From contig OX597823.1 of assembly GCA_951406725.2 (NCBI GenBank), positions 48,484,001 to 48,548,000 of the forward strand: a DNA stretch of 64,000 bases, read 5' to 3'. Position numbers and translations under genes: made by a program. This document shows positions 38,900-50,938 of this stretch, in pieces. This DNA is from Octopus vulgaris (lineage: Eukaryota). Below the pieces are notes generated by a model. The model saw nothing but the letters and a program-made list of their open reading frames with translations, was not told where the DNA came from and did no database searches. Position 1 is the first letter of the stretch. Every line of letters begins with the position of its first letter.

Positions 38900-40104
38900 T
38901 TTCACCAAGACCTGTACAGTTTTTTTTTCTATATTAAGAAAATTTTATACATAATTTGATAATACTATAATACTGAAAATACTATAATAGATATGCCAAA
39001 AGTTTTATCAATATGTAAATATTTCCTTACAAATCACAATTTTTCAATATTCTTTTACGTTATTGATATATTAACTGTCTGGATTTGATCTTATATCAAT
39101 TTTTTAAAAGTAAAACAAATTGCAATACAAATTCCTCTTAACTATTTTAAAATGATATTTTGATAATTTCTCATTAAGGTCACCAATGCAAATTCAAAAT
39201 GCAAGATTTTCATGTCACAACACTTTAGAATTGGAACTCTTGTTAATATGCTAGATTTCTTTGTTATTCTTATATATTCCTCTAGTTCACCATATGATAA
39301 ATTCTTCCAGAGACAAATATATATACAATCAATGTTGTTAATTTCAGTTTCATCACCACTGTATTTAGTGGTTATTTAAGCAATGTGTTCGTGGATGGTT
39401 AAAGGGTTAGATGGTTGCTGATGAAGGGGCAAAAATTCCCAAAATATGACATGTATGCCCATTACCCTTTTTTCATTTTCAGTCCCATCTTTGTTTACAT
39501 CTGACATCTTGGATACAAAACATCATAAGAAAAATCAGAGCTGGCTATAATTTCTATAGAATATCTGTAGAGATAACCCTAACAAGTGACATAAAGTGCA
39601 CAGCTAACACAGCAGAAAATGGTATTGACTTATAAAAATGTTTAATGTATTTTATTGTATATTATGGTTGCATAATGAAATACTGTGTGCCTACAAGTCA
39701 TTAATATTTCAGTTTGTTCTAATAGCAGGTTACAATAGCCTCTTATGCCACCATGGCTGTTTTCTTTCACCCTGCCTCTCTCCCATTTTATCATGTTTGG
39801 AAAAGGCTGTCACATAACACAATACTTATGTCATATCTTCTGTGAGCTCAAACATCCTAAACACTGACCAACCAACTACTTATTCATCCACCTTTTCCCA
39901 TGCATACTGCCCGCCAAAAGCAAACAACATCCTTTTCACCCAGCACTCATGGTTCATTCATATCGTGCGTCCATATCATTGCACTTATACAGAAAAATTG
40001 CTCAGATCAATGAGTTCAAGATGAAGTGGCTCGTTTTTAGCTAACAACATTTATCATGGTTGTCTCACTATTTAATTTGTTGAATTAAATATCACATTAG
40101 ATAT

Positions 40105-40139
<35 letters not shown>

Positions 40140-40160
40140 CAACAATAATAATAATAATAA

Positions 40161-40372
40161 TCTTTTCTACTATAGGGACATGGCCTGACATTTTGGGGGA
40201 GGGGGCAACTCGGTTACATTTACTCTAGTACTTGATTGATACTTACTTTATTGACCCTGAAAGGATGAAAGGTAAAGTCAACCCCAGTGGCATCTGAACT
40301 GAGAATGTGAAGACCTATGAAATACTGTTAAGAATTACATCCAGCATGCTAACTATTCTGCCAGCTTGCTAC
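40161..40372 (-). mobile_element. SINE family A within (AAT)n
   Basis: Colinear with 17114-17527. Confidence 0.8.
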
Positions 40373-40378
40373 TTTAAC

Positions 40379-40420
<42 letters not shown>

Positions 40421-40632
40421 CCTTTTTACTAAAGACACAAGGCCTGAAATTTGGGGGAGGGGGACAATCAATTACATCAATCCCAGTGTTTCACTGGTGC
40501 TTAATTTATCAACCCTGGAAGGATAAAAGGCAAAGTCAACTTTGGTGGTATTTGAACTCAGCACGTAAAGCCAGACAAAATGCTCCAAGGCATTTTGTCT
40601 GACTTTTTAATGATTCTGCCAGATCACCACTC
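40421..40632 (-). mobile_element. SINE family A within (AAT)n
   Basis: Colinear with 17114-17527. Confidence 0.8.
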
Positions 40633-40679
40633 TAATAATAATGATGCTGACACTGTCCATCATACCCAGCAAAATAAGT

Positions 40680-41035
40680 TGTGAGTTTTCATCACATAAC
40701 ATTGTCATGGTGAGAAAAAAACCCAGAAAGAACATGAATGATAATCAACATAGCATGTCCCAATGACAACAGGATCAAAGAAAATGAAGAAAAATTGAAT
40801 AACTATGACAATTTGAAGTGGGAAATACAAAGGTTGTGGTCAATGGGGAGAGTAGACATAGTACAAATAGTAAATGGCGCATTTGGTAGTATCAGCACTG
40901 AACAGCCAACATGGCTCAAAAAGATTGGTACAAATGTAAAGGTAGAATAACTACAAAAGAGTCAGCTTAATCAAATGCTGTGGACAGCTGACACTTTCCT
41001 TCATACACAGCAAAATAAGCTGAGTTTTCACCATA
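40680..41035 (+). mobile_element. R4/Dong-like LINE restriction-like endonuclease fragment
   Basis: IINIACPNDNRIKENEEKLNNYDNLKWEIQRLWSM..IVNGAFGSI, followed by (AAT)n. Confidence 0.8.
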
Positions 41036-41036
41036 T

Positions 41037-41037
41037 C

Positions 41038-41083
<46 letters not shown>

Positions 41084-41240
41084 CAAGAATAATAATAATA
41101 ATGATGATGATGAAAATAATAATAATGATAATGACAATTATAATAATAATAATAATGATAATGACAATTATAATAATAATAATAATGACAATTATAATAA
41201 TAATAATAATGACAATTATAATAATAATAATAATAATAAA
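41037..41240. repeat. Compound (AAT)n with repeated atgacaattata interruptions
   Basis: Direct inspection. Confidence 0.95.
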
Positions 41241-41792
41241 TGCCCTGATGCAGTACAGGCAGTAGCTCTCATGACTTCTGATCTTAACTGATTGGCAGTG
41301 TTACGTACATTATTTTGTTTTGGTATAAAAGATGGGCTACAGCAAATATTCTATTCAATACCACAGATTTGCTTGTCACTTGCTTGACCATAACCAGTTG
41401 AGCAAGTCTCTTAGTGGCTGATGATATGTGCATCTCTTATCACGAGCAGTAGTAGTGAGGGAGCATCGTAGCCATGTGTTGAGAGGAATTCTTTGTGGAT
41501 TGGATAATTCACCTTTGGAAACATGGGTGCTTTGTTCAACATCCTTAAACAACCCTTATTCAGGGAACTTTTGAGCAGGATGGGTTACATGACCTGAAGA
41601 AAATTCTAACTGGGCTCCACCTGCAAGGTCATGCACTGTTTTATCTTCATATGAAATCACCATGTCGTGCTCATATGGTTGTGATGCCTGTGCCTGGTGT
41701 ACCTTCATCAGATGGGTAGTCATGATTGGTATACTGGGCTTCGTATGTTTTATTCCAGTGTCACTTTGATGTCATGCACTGCTCTCTCACTC
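41241..41792. mobile_element. About 550-bp non-coding element embedded between (AAT)n arrays
   Basis: Sharp GC-content boundaries against pure AAT arrays on both sides; no ORF; family unassigned. Confidence 0.55.
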
Positions 41793-41794
41793 AT

Positions 41795-41799
41795 TAATG

Positions 41800-41848
<49 letters not shown>

Positions 41849-41898
41849 TAATAATGATAATTAATAATAATAATAATAATAAATATAATAATAATGAT

Positions 41899-41955
<57 letters not shown>

Positions 41956-41968
41956 TAATAATAATGAT

Positions 41969-42029
<61 letters not shown>

Positions 42030-42075
42030 AAGAAGAAGAAGAAGAAGAAGAAGAAGAATGATAATAATAATAATA
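41795..42075. repeat. (AAT)n higher-order array followed by (AAG)n
   Basis: Direct inspection. Confidence 0.95.
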
Positions 42076-42305
42076 GTGGTTTCAAATTTTTTCACAAAGC
42101 CAGTAGTTTTGTGGGGAGGGAGCTAGTCAATTACTAACTAGTCTTTTAATCCACCTCAGTGATTAATTGGTACTTATTTCATCAGCCACAAAAGGATGAA
42201 AGGCAAGGTTGACTTTGGCAGAATTTGAACACAGAATATAAAGACAAAAGAAATGCCAACAAAGCATTTTGTCCAGTGCTTTAATGATTCTGCTAACTTG
42301 CTGCA
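42076..42305 (-). mobile_element. SINE family A (diverged)
   Basis: aaaggatgaaaggcaaggttgactttggcagaatttgaac. Confidence 0.75.
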
Positions 42306-42331
42306 TTGATAATAGTGATAATAATGATAGG

Positions 42332-42718
42332 GTGGAGGCGCAATGGCCCAGTGGTTAGGGCAGCGGACTCGCGGTCATAGGATCACGGTTTTGATTCCCA
42401 GACCGGGCGTTGTGAGTGTTTATTGAGCGAAAACACCTAAAGCTCCACGAGGCTCTGGCAGGGATGGTGGTGATCCCTGCTATACTCTTTCACCACAACT
42501 TTCTCTCACTCTTACTTCCTGTTTCTGTTGTACCTGTATTTCAAAGGGCAGGCCTTGTCACTCTCTGTGTCACGCTGAATATCCCCGAGAACTACGTTAA
42601 GGGTACACATGTCTGTGGAGTGCTCAGCCACTTACACGTTAATTTCACGAGCAGGCTGTTCCGTTGATCAGATCAACCGGAACCCTCGTCGTCGTAACTG
42701 ACGGAGTGCTTCCATCCA
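42332..42718 (+). mobile_element. tRNA-derived SINE family D, full length, young
   Basis: tggcccagtggttagg (A box), ggttttgattccc (B box); 11-bp TSD ataatgatagg at 42321 and 42719. Confidence 0.92.
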
Positions 42719-43361
42719 ATAATGATAGGATGATCATCATTATACAGTTATAACATCCATTTTCTAATACTAGCAGAGGACAAGTAAATCTACCGTATGA
42801 CAGTAATCACTTGTTTCAGTCTTGTATCATCTCACCTACAAAGTACAATGTTTCAGGTCTAACTTCACTACTTCCTCAATAGTCTCACTCAGTTTTATCT
42901 GACATAAAAACATTCCTATGCATAGCTTTACTTATTTTATGGTTTTGTTATAAGAGGCAGTGACCATACCTTCTGGCATTCTTATCAGGGTCATTGCCAG
43001 CCATGCTTGATGTCTTTGATTTTCTACTTCTCTTACCTTATGTGTCTTTGGTTTGCCCAGAAATTAACATTATACATCTAATAGATGATGCCAAACTCAT
43101 TTCTTTCCAGTACATATAAATATATTGTATTCAAACAAGAGCAAAAAGAAACAATCTTAACAACAAGTAATTGGCTGAAAATTTCAAACAAATTTCAGTG
43201 CTAGACAGCAGTGGTAAATCCTCTTACATTATCCCTGTCTGTAGTTACAAGAATAGAAGCTAAGAAAACCATAAGCTGCAATATTTTTCTGTAAGCAGTT
43301 TATTCAAACAGGTAAATTAAAACTAAATAAATCTTACTATAAAAGTATGCAAGCAAAACTA

Positions 43362-43400
<39 letters not shown>

Positions 43401-44422
43401 CTCATCATCATTTGCCACAGGATAACTGCAGAAATTTTAGATTAACAATTAGTTTCATTTACAGTTACAGCTTAGACCTAGATAAATGACCAGAAAAAAA
43501 AAATTTTTGCACTAAGCAATAATAAAATTAGCGTAAGAAATTGATAGTGTTTTTCTCCAATTTATTTTATAAAATAAAGAAAAGTAAGTAAATAAAAAAT
43601 ATCTTCTTAAAATATTTCCTATAAATATAACAAAAATAGATTGTTTCAATCAATGTGTATATTGTTTTGATAATATTTTACCATAATTCTAAGACAATAT
43701 GAATCTAATGTTAAAGCTGAAATAAAAATGGACAAATTTAATATTGATCCTTCTCTTTCTTTTTTGTCAAGTCTCATGTAAAGTCTATTTGTCGTATCAA
43801 TTTTTAATGACAGAATTTTCATGCAATTAATAAAGTTACTCATTTCATGTATTACCAGACAGATAAGTCAATTGCTTTTGGCTAGGAATTTAATCTATTG
43901 TAGATAATTTTTCCAGCAAGCTTTGCACAAAGGTATGTACATACTAAGAAATATATTTCTGTCACAGCACCTACAAATTAACCAGGAGCATATATTTTGA
44001 GTGTGGTAGGTGTGAGTACCACACACCAACGAAAGAAAAAAATAATTCTGTTCTTCAAGTATTATGATATAAATATAATCTAGTCATAATTTGTTTTCAA
44101 ATCTAATCATACACCCTGAGAAAGAAAGATTAAGTGGAGTAGAAATTACATTATGCATAAAAATACATAACCATTTGCTTGTTTATAACCACTGTACAAC
44201 ACCCAAAACGTCTTTAGTTAGATATAAACCCACAACTTACAAGACAATAACTGGAACATATCAATATAATCATATCATTCCTAGCCTGAGCTACATGAAA
44301 AAAAAGTGTTGAGTACAATACAATCCAACAAGGGATATAATATCAAAGTTCATTTGAATGCTTTGAATAATAAACCAAAATACTAGTCAGTAATGTTAGT
44401 ATAGAAGTGAGATCAAGCCAGA

Positions 44423-44747
44423 GTGGAGGCACAATGGCCCAATGGTTAGGGCAGCAGACTTGTGGTCGGAGGATCGCAGTTTCGATTCCCAGACCAGGTG
44501 CTGTGTGTGTATTTATTGAGCAAAAACACCTAAAAGCTCCACGAGGCTCTGGCAGGGCGGGGAGGGGTGACCCCTGTTGTACTCTTTCACCACAACTTTC
44601 TCTCACTCTCTCTTTCTGTTTCTTGAGTAATGCTGCGATGCACTGGCATCCCGTCCAGCTGGGGGGAACACATATGCCACAGAAACTGAGAAACCTGGCC
44701 CATGAGCCTGGCTAGGCTTGATAAGGGCAACGTTTATCGTTTTTTTA
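44423..44747 (+). mobile_element. SINE with family D head and family E tail
   Basis: TSD atcaagccaga (44412) / atcaagctaga (44748). Confidence 0.9.
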
Positions 44748-45076
44748 ATCAAGCTAGACAAATAGATTAGAATAATGAAAACCCTGTTTAAAACTATTCA
44801 TGACTGGGATAGAGACCATATCAAAGCAGCCAATGGAGCCTAGTGCAGCTCTCCCAGCTCACCAGCTCCTGTCAAAATATCCAGCCTATACCAGCATGGA
44901 AGACATACTTAAATGATGATGATGATGAGAGTGGTGATGACAATGATGACGACAACGACAGCGATGATGATAACAACTTATATTGGTGTATTAGGCTCAA
45001 ATATATGTTTATTTGTCACATCAGTTAATACACAACCCCCCACACACACGCACATATATATATGTAAAATTACATA

Positions 45077-45225
45077 TTTCAGTTTGGCAAAAGAGACTGA
45101 TAGAATAAGTACTAAGCTTAAAAAAAAATATGTACTGGGGTTGATTTGTTTGATAAAAATTCTTCCAGACACTGTCCCACCATGGCTACAGTATAATAGC
45201 TTAAACAAACAAAAGCTAAAAGATG
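45077..45225 (+). mobile_element. SINE family B 3' fragment
   Basis: ggcaaaagagactgatagaataagtact...catggctacagt. Confidence 0.75.
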
Positions 45226-46334
45226 TGTGTATGTGAAAGAGAGAGAGAGAGAGAGAGTGTGTGTGTGAGAGTGTGAGAGAGAGTAAGAGAGAGACAGATG
45301 TACACAGGAAAAATGAAACATGAAATCAAAGAAGGATTTGAAAATATCTAATTAATTAAGTGAAATACCAAAATGTATTTGGTCTACCATTCCAACTAAC
45401 TCATCTTGTTTTCATTATTAAAATTTTACCATTTTCACAGGTGTATTTCTTTTTTTGATATTTTTAAAACCAAACATTTAAATAAACCCTAACCAAAATG
45501 ATGATAATAACTTAAAATGTAGTTTGCCATTGTATAAATATTGAAACAAACAAAAATAATGACAAATTCATTCAAATAAATAACAATTTCTGGTTATTAT
45601 TTGATCAATTTCTGACACCAGTCAAGCAGAGACAAATATAAAAAGAATAAGAAACAAGGAGTGTAAAAATATAAACAGGAAAACTACGTTAATAAATGAG
45701 TGTGAAAAAATATTAACTCTTCAGAGTATAGACGTCTCTTTACTCTTCATAATCCTCAATACAGCATTAAACAAATAACAATTCTTTAGTCAACTTGTCA
45801 TCCATCATATATATTTATAAATATATACATAAAAACACAAACACACAGATAGATAGATACATACATACATACATACATATATACATACATACACACATAT
45901 GTATACATACATGTATATGTGTGTGTATACCCACACACACATATTTATATGTACATGTATATCTACACACATACACACACACATGCATATGTAGGTATGT
46001 GTGTAAATGTAAATCTGAATTGCCAACGTTTATTACAATTCATCTAAAAAAAAAAAAACGGTTTTTAAAATTTACATCTCCACAACATTTCTATCAATTT
46101 GATCTGTGAATTTGAATGCAGTTTCATGTTAAGCACACATCCATAAATAAAACACTTGATGATGATCTAAGATTAAAACACTCAAGGCAGAGAGTAATAT
46201 GTAGATATAGAAAACATTTCTGGCTCTAACAATGAGGTCAATTGTTAAAAACAATATCGTAATCTTATTGTCAAGAATTGAATAACTCATCTCAGACATT
46301 TAAACATTAAATCAGAATCAGAAATCAGAATTAC

Positions 46335-46480
46335 CTGTTCATATCTTCTCGACTTTCTGTCATAAAATAATAAGTTCTTGCACCATACTTCTCTGCTTTA
46401 AAGCAATAATCCTTATTGGTGTCCAAGTAGCGAGAAATACAATAGTTAGCTAATGGAAATGCTCCCAGTGGTGTGTCTTC
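46335..46480 (-). CDS. Internal coding exon, C-terminal half of a PH domain (PEPP/PLEKHA4-7-like)
   Basis: Acceptor tttttctattggttgcag and donor AG|gtaatt; 146 nt, phase 0 to phase 2. Translates EDTPLGAFPLANYCISRYLDTNKDYCFKAEKYGARTYYFMTESREDMN(R), matching the PEPP-type PH pattern LG.IPL..Y.IS....FKAE..G.RTYYF..E..EDM..W. Confidence 0.9.
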
Positions 46481-46931
46481 CTGCAACCAATAGAAAAACT
46501 GTATGAAAATATGTATAGGATTAACACAAGACAAAATTTTGAAAAAGAAAAAAATCTTAAGACAACAGAAGAAATAAAGCCAGTGGCTAAGTAATTTCAC
46601 TGTTCTTAAAACTTTATATAGTATTTGTAGACAATGAGGATAAATTAAAGTTAACAGAGTCCAACAATGTGACTATTCACAACATATCTAGAAAACTGGA
46701 TAGACACTTTATTGGAGACTATGTCAGTATATCACACTTCTTCCTCCTCATCATCAACAAATGTTTTATAAATTTTCAATCAAAGCTTTTTATCCACACT
46801 GGTAAATTATATACATGTCAGACATCTAACTTTAGCAGATAGCGTTCATATTTATTGCTCATGAGTATCTAACAAAAAAAGGGATGCCTGTCAAATTCTG
46901 GGGATAACATACCTAATACTTTAGCATTTAG

Positions 46932-47164
46932 TTAAACCATTAGTATTTAAACCAGTATTTAAACAACTGGCCCAAATATTCTACCTGTCTTATGTTCAAA
47001 CTGGCCAGATCCAGCCTCTCATACTTATACTACAATGTCATTCTTAAAATAAAGAATCAAATCATCAAAATATCAAAGCTACAAGATAATGGATAATAAA
47101 TTCAAAACAACATGAATAAATAAACATTACAATTGACAGAATAATCTGAATGCTAAAGGGTTAA
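46932..47164 (-). mobile_element. piggyBac-type MITE family 1
   Basis: Ends gaatgctaaaggg-TTAA; reverse orientation relative to 915-1126. Confidence 0.8.
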
Positions 47165-47861
47165 AAAATATGTCATTCAAAGTAAAAATAGCTTGTAGAA
47201 GTGACCACAGGAAATTGCTAGATCACTGACAGCAAAGTGGAATGAATACAGCTAAGACAAATATCAGAAGAAAGGAGAATTACATAAAAAAATTTCACTT
47301 GTTATTACACAGAAATTGCCTAGAGTTTCATACAGTTGGCTGATGAAATTTAAAATTTAAATACTGGCAAGATTCTAAAAGCAACTAAACAAGATTTTTG
47401 GAAAATAATTCAAAATTTCAAAATAATATACATATTGGCAATTGGACAAAAAGAAACAGATATCACATTTCAAAGGAAATAATTGAATAAAATACTTTCC
47501 TTACAAAAAAAAAAAAAAAAAAAATCTTGACTTTCACAAAATTGAAAAAGTTATTTTATAAAAATCCTTGAAGCATATAAAATTTTACTGTCAGTGCATA
47601 TGCTGAAGTATAAATATTATTCCCTTAGGAGTGGCAAAAAAAAATCTAACCAAGCAAATAAGTCTGTTTACCATTTTGCAAAATTCAGATTTACAGAATA
47701 AGAAATGAAGTTCTTTTTATATTCACATATCTTGGAGCAGCCCTAACTGAATTCAGTTTTCAAATCCATTAATAGCTTTATGAGGTTGTTATAAAAAGCA
47801 AATATTTCACTCAGTTAACCCTATCATGCCTATAGAGAAAGTCTGTGTATGTTCTTTTACC

Positions 47862-48270
47862 GTTTATCTTTTACTTGTTTCTGTCATTAGACTGTGGCCG
47901 TGCTGGGGTACTGCCTTGAAGGATTTTTAGTCGAATGAATCGATCCCAGTACTTTTTTTTTAAAGCCTGGTACTTATTTTATCGGTCCCTTTTGCTGAAC
48001 TGCTAAGTTACAGGGATCTAAACACACCAACACCAGTTGTCAAGCAGTGGTGGGGACAAACACAGATACAAAGAGACACAAACACACACTACACATACAT
48101 ATATATATATATATGTGCAATAGGCTTCTTTCGGTTTCCATCTATCAAATCCATTCATGAGGCTTTGGTTATCCCAAGGCTGTAATAGCCAAGGTACCAT
48201 ATAGCAGAAATGAACCAGGAAATATGTGGTTGGGCAGCACAATTATTACCACACAGCCACACCTACACCT
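47862..48270 (-). mobile_element. SINE family B
   Basis: Colinear with 7906-8310. Confidence 0.88.
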
Positions 48271-49283
48271 TCCAATAAATTTTGAAAATAATCAAGAATT
48301 TTTAAGGATAAAGTAAAATACAAATTTGCTTGAAAATATTAACTGGTATTTGGAATATAACTAAGCAAATATTCCTTAAAATTATGATGGGAAATTTTAA
48401 TTTAAATATTGCAGGTTTTGAATCAGAAAACCAAAAGTAAATTGGCTGAGTTAAAAGAGCACCAGATGGCATGTTTCTCTACAATTGCTTCAACAGTGTG
48501 TGCTCTGAGTTCATAAGTGCCAAAGCAACTTTCCCTTTTATTCCTATGAGATTGACTAAAAAAAAGTACCAGTCTAGGATTGTGGACCAGTAGTAGTAGT
48601 AGTAGTAGTAGTAGTCATCTGTCGATCTTGAGAGAAGAAATTGCATCAGCTGCTGATGGTGGTGCATGGGAGTGGCAGTCATGCATACAGTGACTGCATT
48701 TGAAGAAGCTCTCTATCAGCACTACAGGGGTAGACCACAAGGTGGCAGACTATGGAACTGTAAAAACACTGGACAAGATACCATGCAGAATTTGTTTCAG
48801 TTTTTTTTTTTTTTCTGTATCTGAGTTCAAATTCTGTCATGGTTTACTTGGGTGGCAGACTTAATTTATTTCTCATTTTTACAACAGACATCTGGAATCA
48901 TAGGTTCCATTAGCAGAGTCTCCTCTGTTGCAAGCATTTAGGCCAAGATCACCAGTTTCAGGATAAATCCTCCCTCCATCCCAATCTCAGAGGCCCAGCA
49001 TGAAATGATAAAAATATTTTCTAGATAAACAAGAATGTTTTTCGTGATTAATTATAATGACCAGTACATAATTATGTACTGGCCATTTGAGTGTTTTATT
49101 GTCATGATTGTTTACAACATATGAAATTCTGACAAGACAAAACAATACATAGAAAAGAAGGGAAAATTAAGACAAATGGATAGATGGCATTTATTAGGGT
49201 TTTATTTATCAGTCAATTGAGATACAAGTATATATAAGAAATTAAAATGACAAAGGAAAAGAAATTACATTATGAACTTCATT

Positions 49284-49364
49284 AACTTGCAGCTGTTTCT
49301 GCTATTAGATGCAATGCACTCATAGTTGAATGCTTGTGTATCACCCTATAGCTTCATCAGAGCT
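49284..49364 (-). ncRNA. Type I hammerhead-ribozyme-like motif (Penelope-type), cleavage triplet mutated
   Basis: agct-CTGATGA-[extended stem II]-GAAAC-agct-GCA-agtt. Confidence 0.55.
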
Positions 49365-49481
49365 TCAAACATGAAGTGCAGTTTTATTTGGAAAGGCATT
49401 CTGAAGTATATGCATATTGAATTCTAACACCAGGTTATTAGTATCGCTATGACTAAATGAAAAAATAAAATACAATACAAA

Positions 49482-49832
49482 ATGGCTGTGTGGTAAGAAG
49501 CTCACTTCCCAACCACATGGTTCTGGGTTCAGTCCCACTGCATAGCACCCTGGGCAAATGTCTTGTACTAGACTCTTGGACTGAGCAAAGCCTTGTCAGT
49601 GGATTTGGTAGATGGACACTGAAAGAAGCCCATTGAAAATATATACATATATATATGTATATATTTGTGTGTCAGTGTTTGTCACTTGACAACTGATGTT
49701 GATGTGTTTATGTCCTCCATAACTTAGAGGTTCAGCAAAAGAAACCAATAGAATATATACTAAGCTTACAAAGAATAGGTCCTGGGGTCAATTTGTTTGA
49801 CTGCATGGTTTGCAGTCAAATAACTGAAACAA
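49482..49832 (+). mobile_element. SINE family B
   Basis: tggctgtgtggtaagaag..ggttctgggttcagtcccactg. Confidence 0.88.
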
Positions 49833-49921
49833 ATCTATATATATTCTTTTATTCTTTTCTATGTTTCATCCTTGAGGCTGCAGCCATGCTGGGACACCGC
49901 CATATGTTAAAATATTAATAT

Positions 49922-49986
<65 letters not shown>

Positions 49987-50206
49987 TCATATTTATATTT
50001 GCAATGACATACATAATCCTAGTCTTTGCAGTATTATGAAATAAGTTTATATTCCTTATTTCTAAGTTTTATAGGGTTTTTTTTACAGCTAGGTTATCCA
50101 GAAAAGAGAGTTGAGTTGCAGAGTAACAGCAATATAGGGAAAAGAGAGAGGCTAGTGAGGAAATGGAAGAGAACACAACTCATGAGTTGTAGTAGAAGGA
50201 AGAGCA

Positions 50207-50427
50207 TTAATTCTTTAGTATTCAGATTGCTCTGTTATATCTAATGCTTGTTTTTACATTGTTTTCAATTAATCATGTATTACCTCATAGCTTTCAGTTT
50301 TAAATGATGTGATTGTTATTATTAGAGTGACATTATAGGATAGGTGTGAGAGACTAGATCTAGTCACTTTGAACATAAAACAGGATATTTGGGCCAGATA
50401 TGGCCAGTTTAAATGCTAAATAGTTAA
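50207..50427 (+). mobile_element. piggyBac-type MITE family 1
   Basis: TTAA-bounded, colinear with 915-1126. Confidence 0.75.
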
Positions 50428-50708
50428 ATAATCCACTAAAATGTACCAAGTACTAGGTGGGGGTGTTAAATTGGGTACCAAATTAGATATGTGACTCAAG
50501 AAAAAGTATTTAGTGTCTTTAACTAACTTTCATATGATTCCAATAATTTAACTCATAAGAATCCGCAGGACATGAAGCTATAGAAATAGATACTTGTATA
50601 AGATGCCACACTGTAGGATTAAACAAGAATCCACATGATTGGGAGGCAAGCTTCCAACCCGTGCAGCCATATCAGTACCCAAACTTGCTAGGTTACTAGC
50701 ACATAATA

Positions 50709-50938
50709 TTAAATCCTTTAGCATATAAACCGGCCATATCCAACCAAAATATTCTACCTATTTTATATTCTAAACTAGTCAGATCTAGCTTCTCACATTT
50801 ACCCTACAATATTATTCTTAAAATAAATAATCACGTCATTGAAATCTCAAAGCAACAAGGTAATGCATTATTAATTCATATGAATGCGAATAAATAAGCA
50901 TTACATTTGACATAGAAATCTGAATGCTAAAAGGTTAA
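50709..50938 (-). mobile_element. piggyBac-type MITE family 1
   Basis: TTAA-bounded, colinear with 46932-47164. Confidence 0.8.

Noticed and set aside
41037-42000. Regularly interrupted AAT arrays resembling a repeat-spacer array
   Set aside because: Slippage-derived higher-order microsatellite with no unique spacers; not CRISPR
42332-42405. tRNA-like sequence
   Set aside because: It is the head of a SINE bounded by a TSD; not called as a tRNA gene
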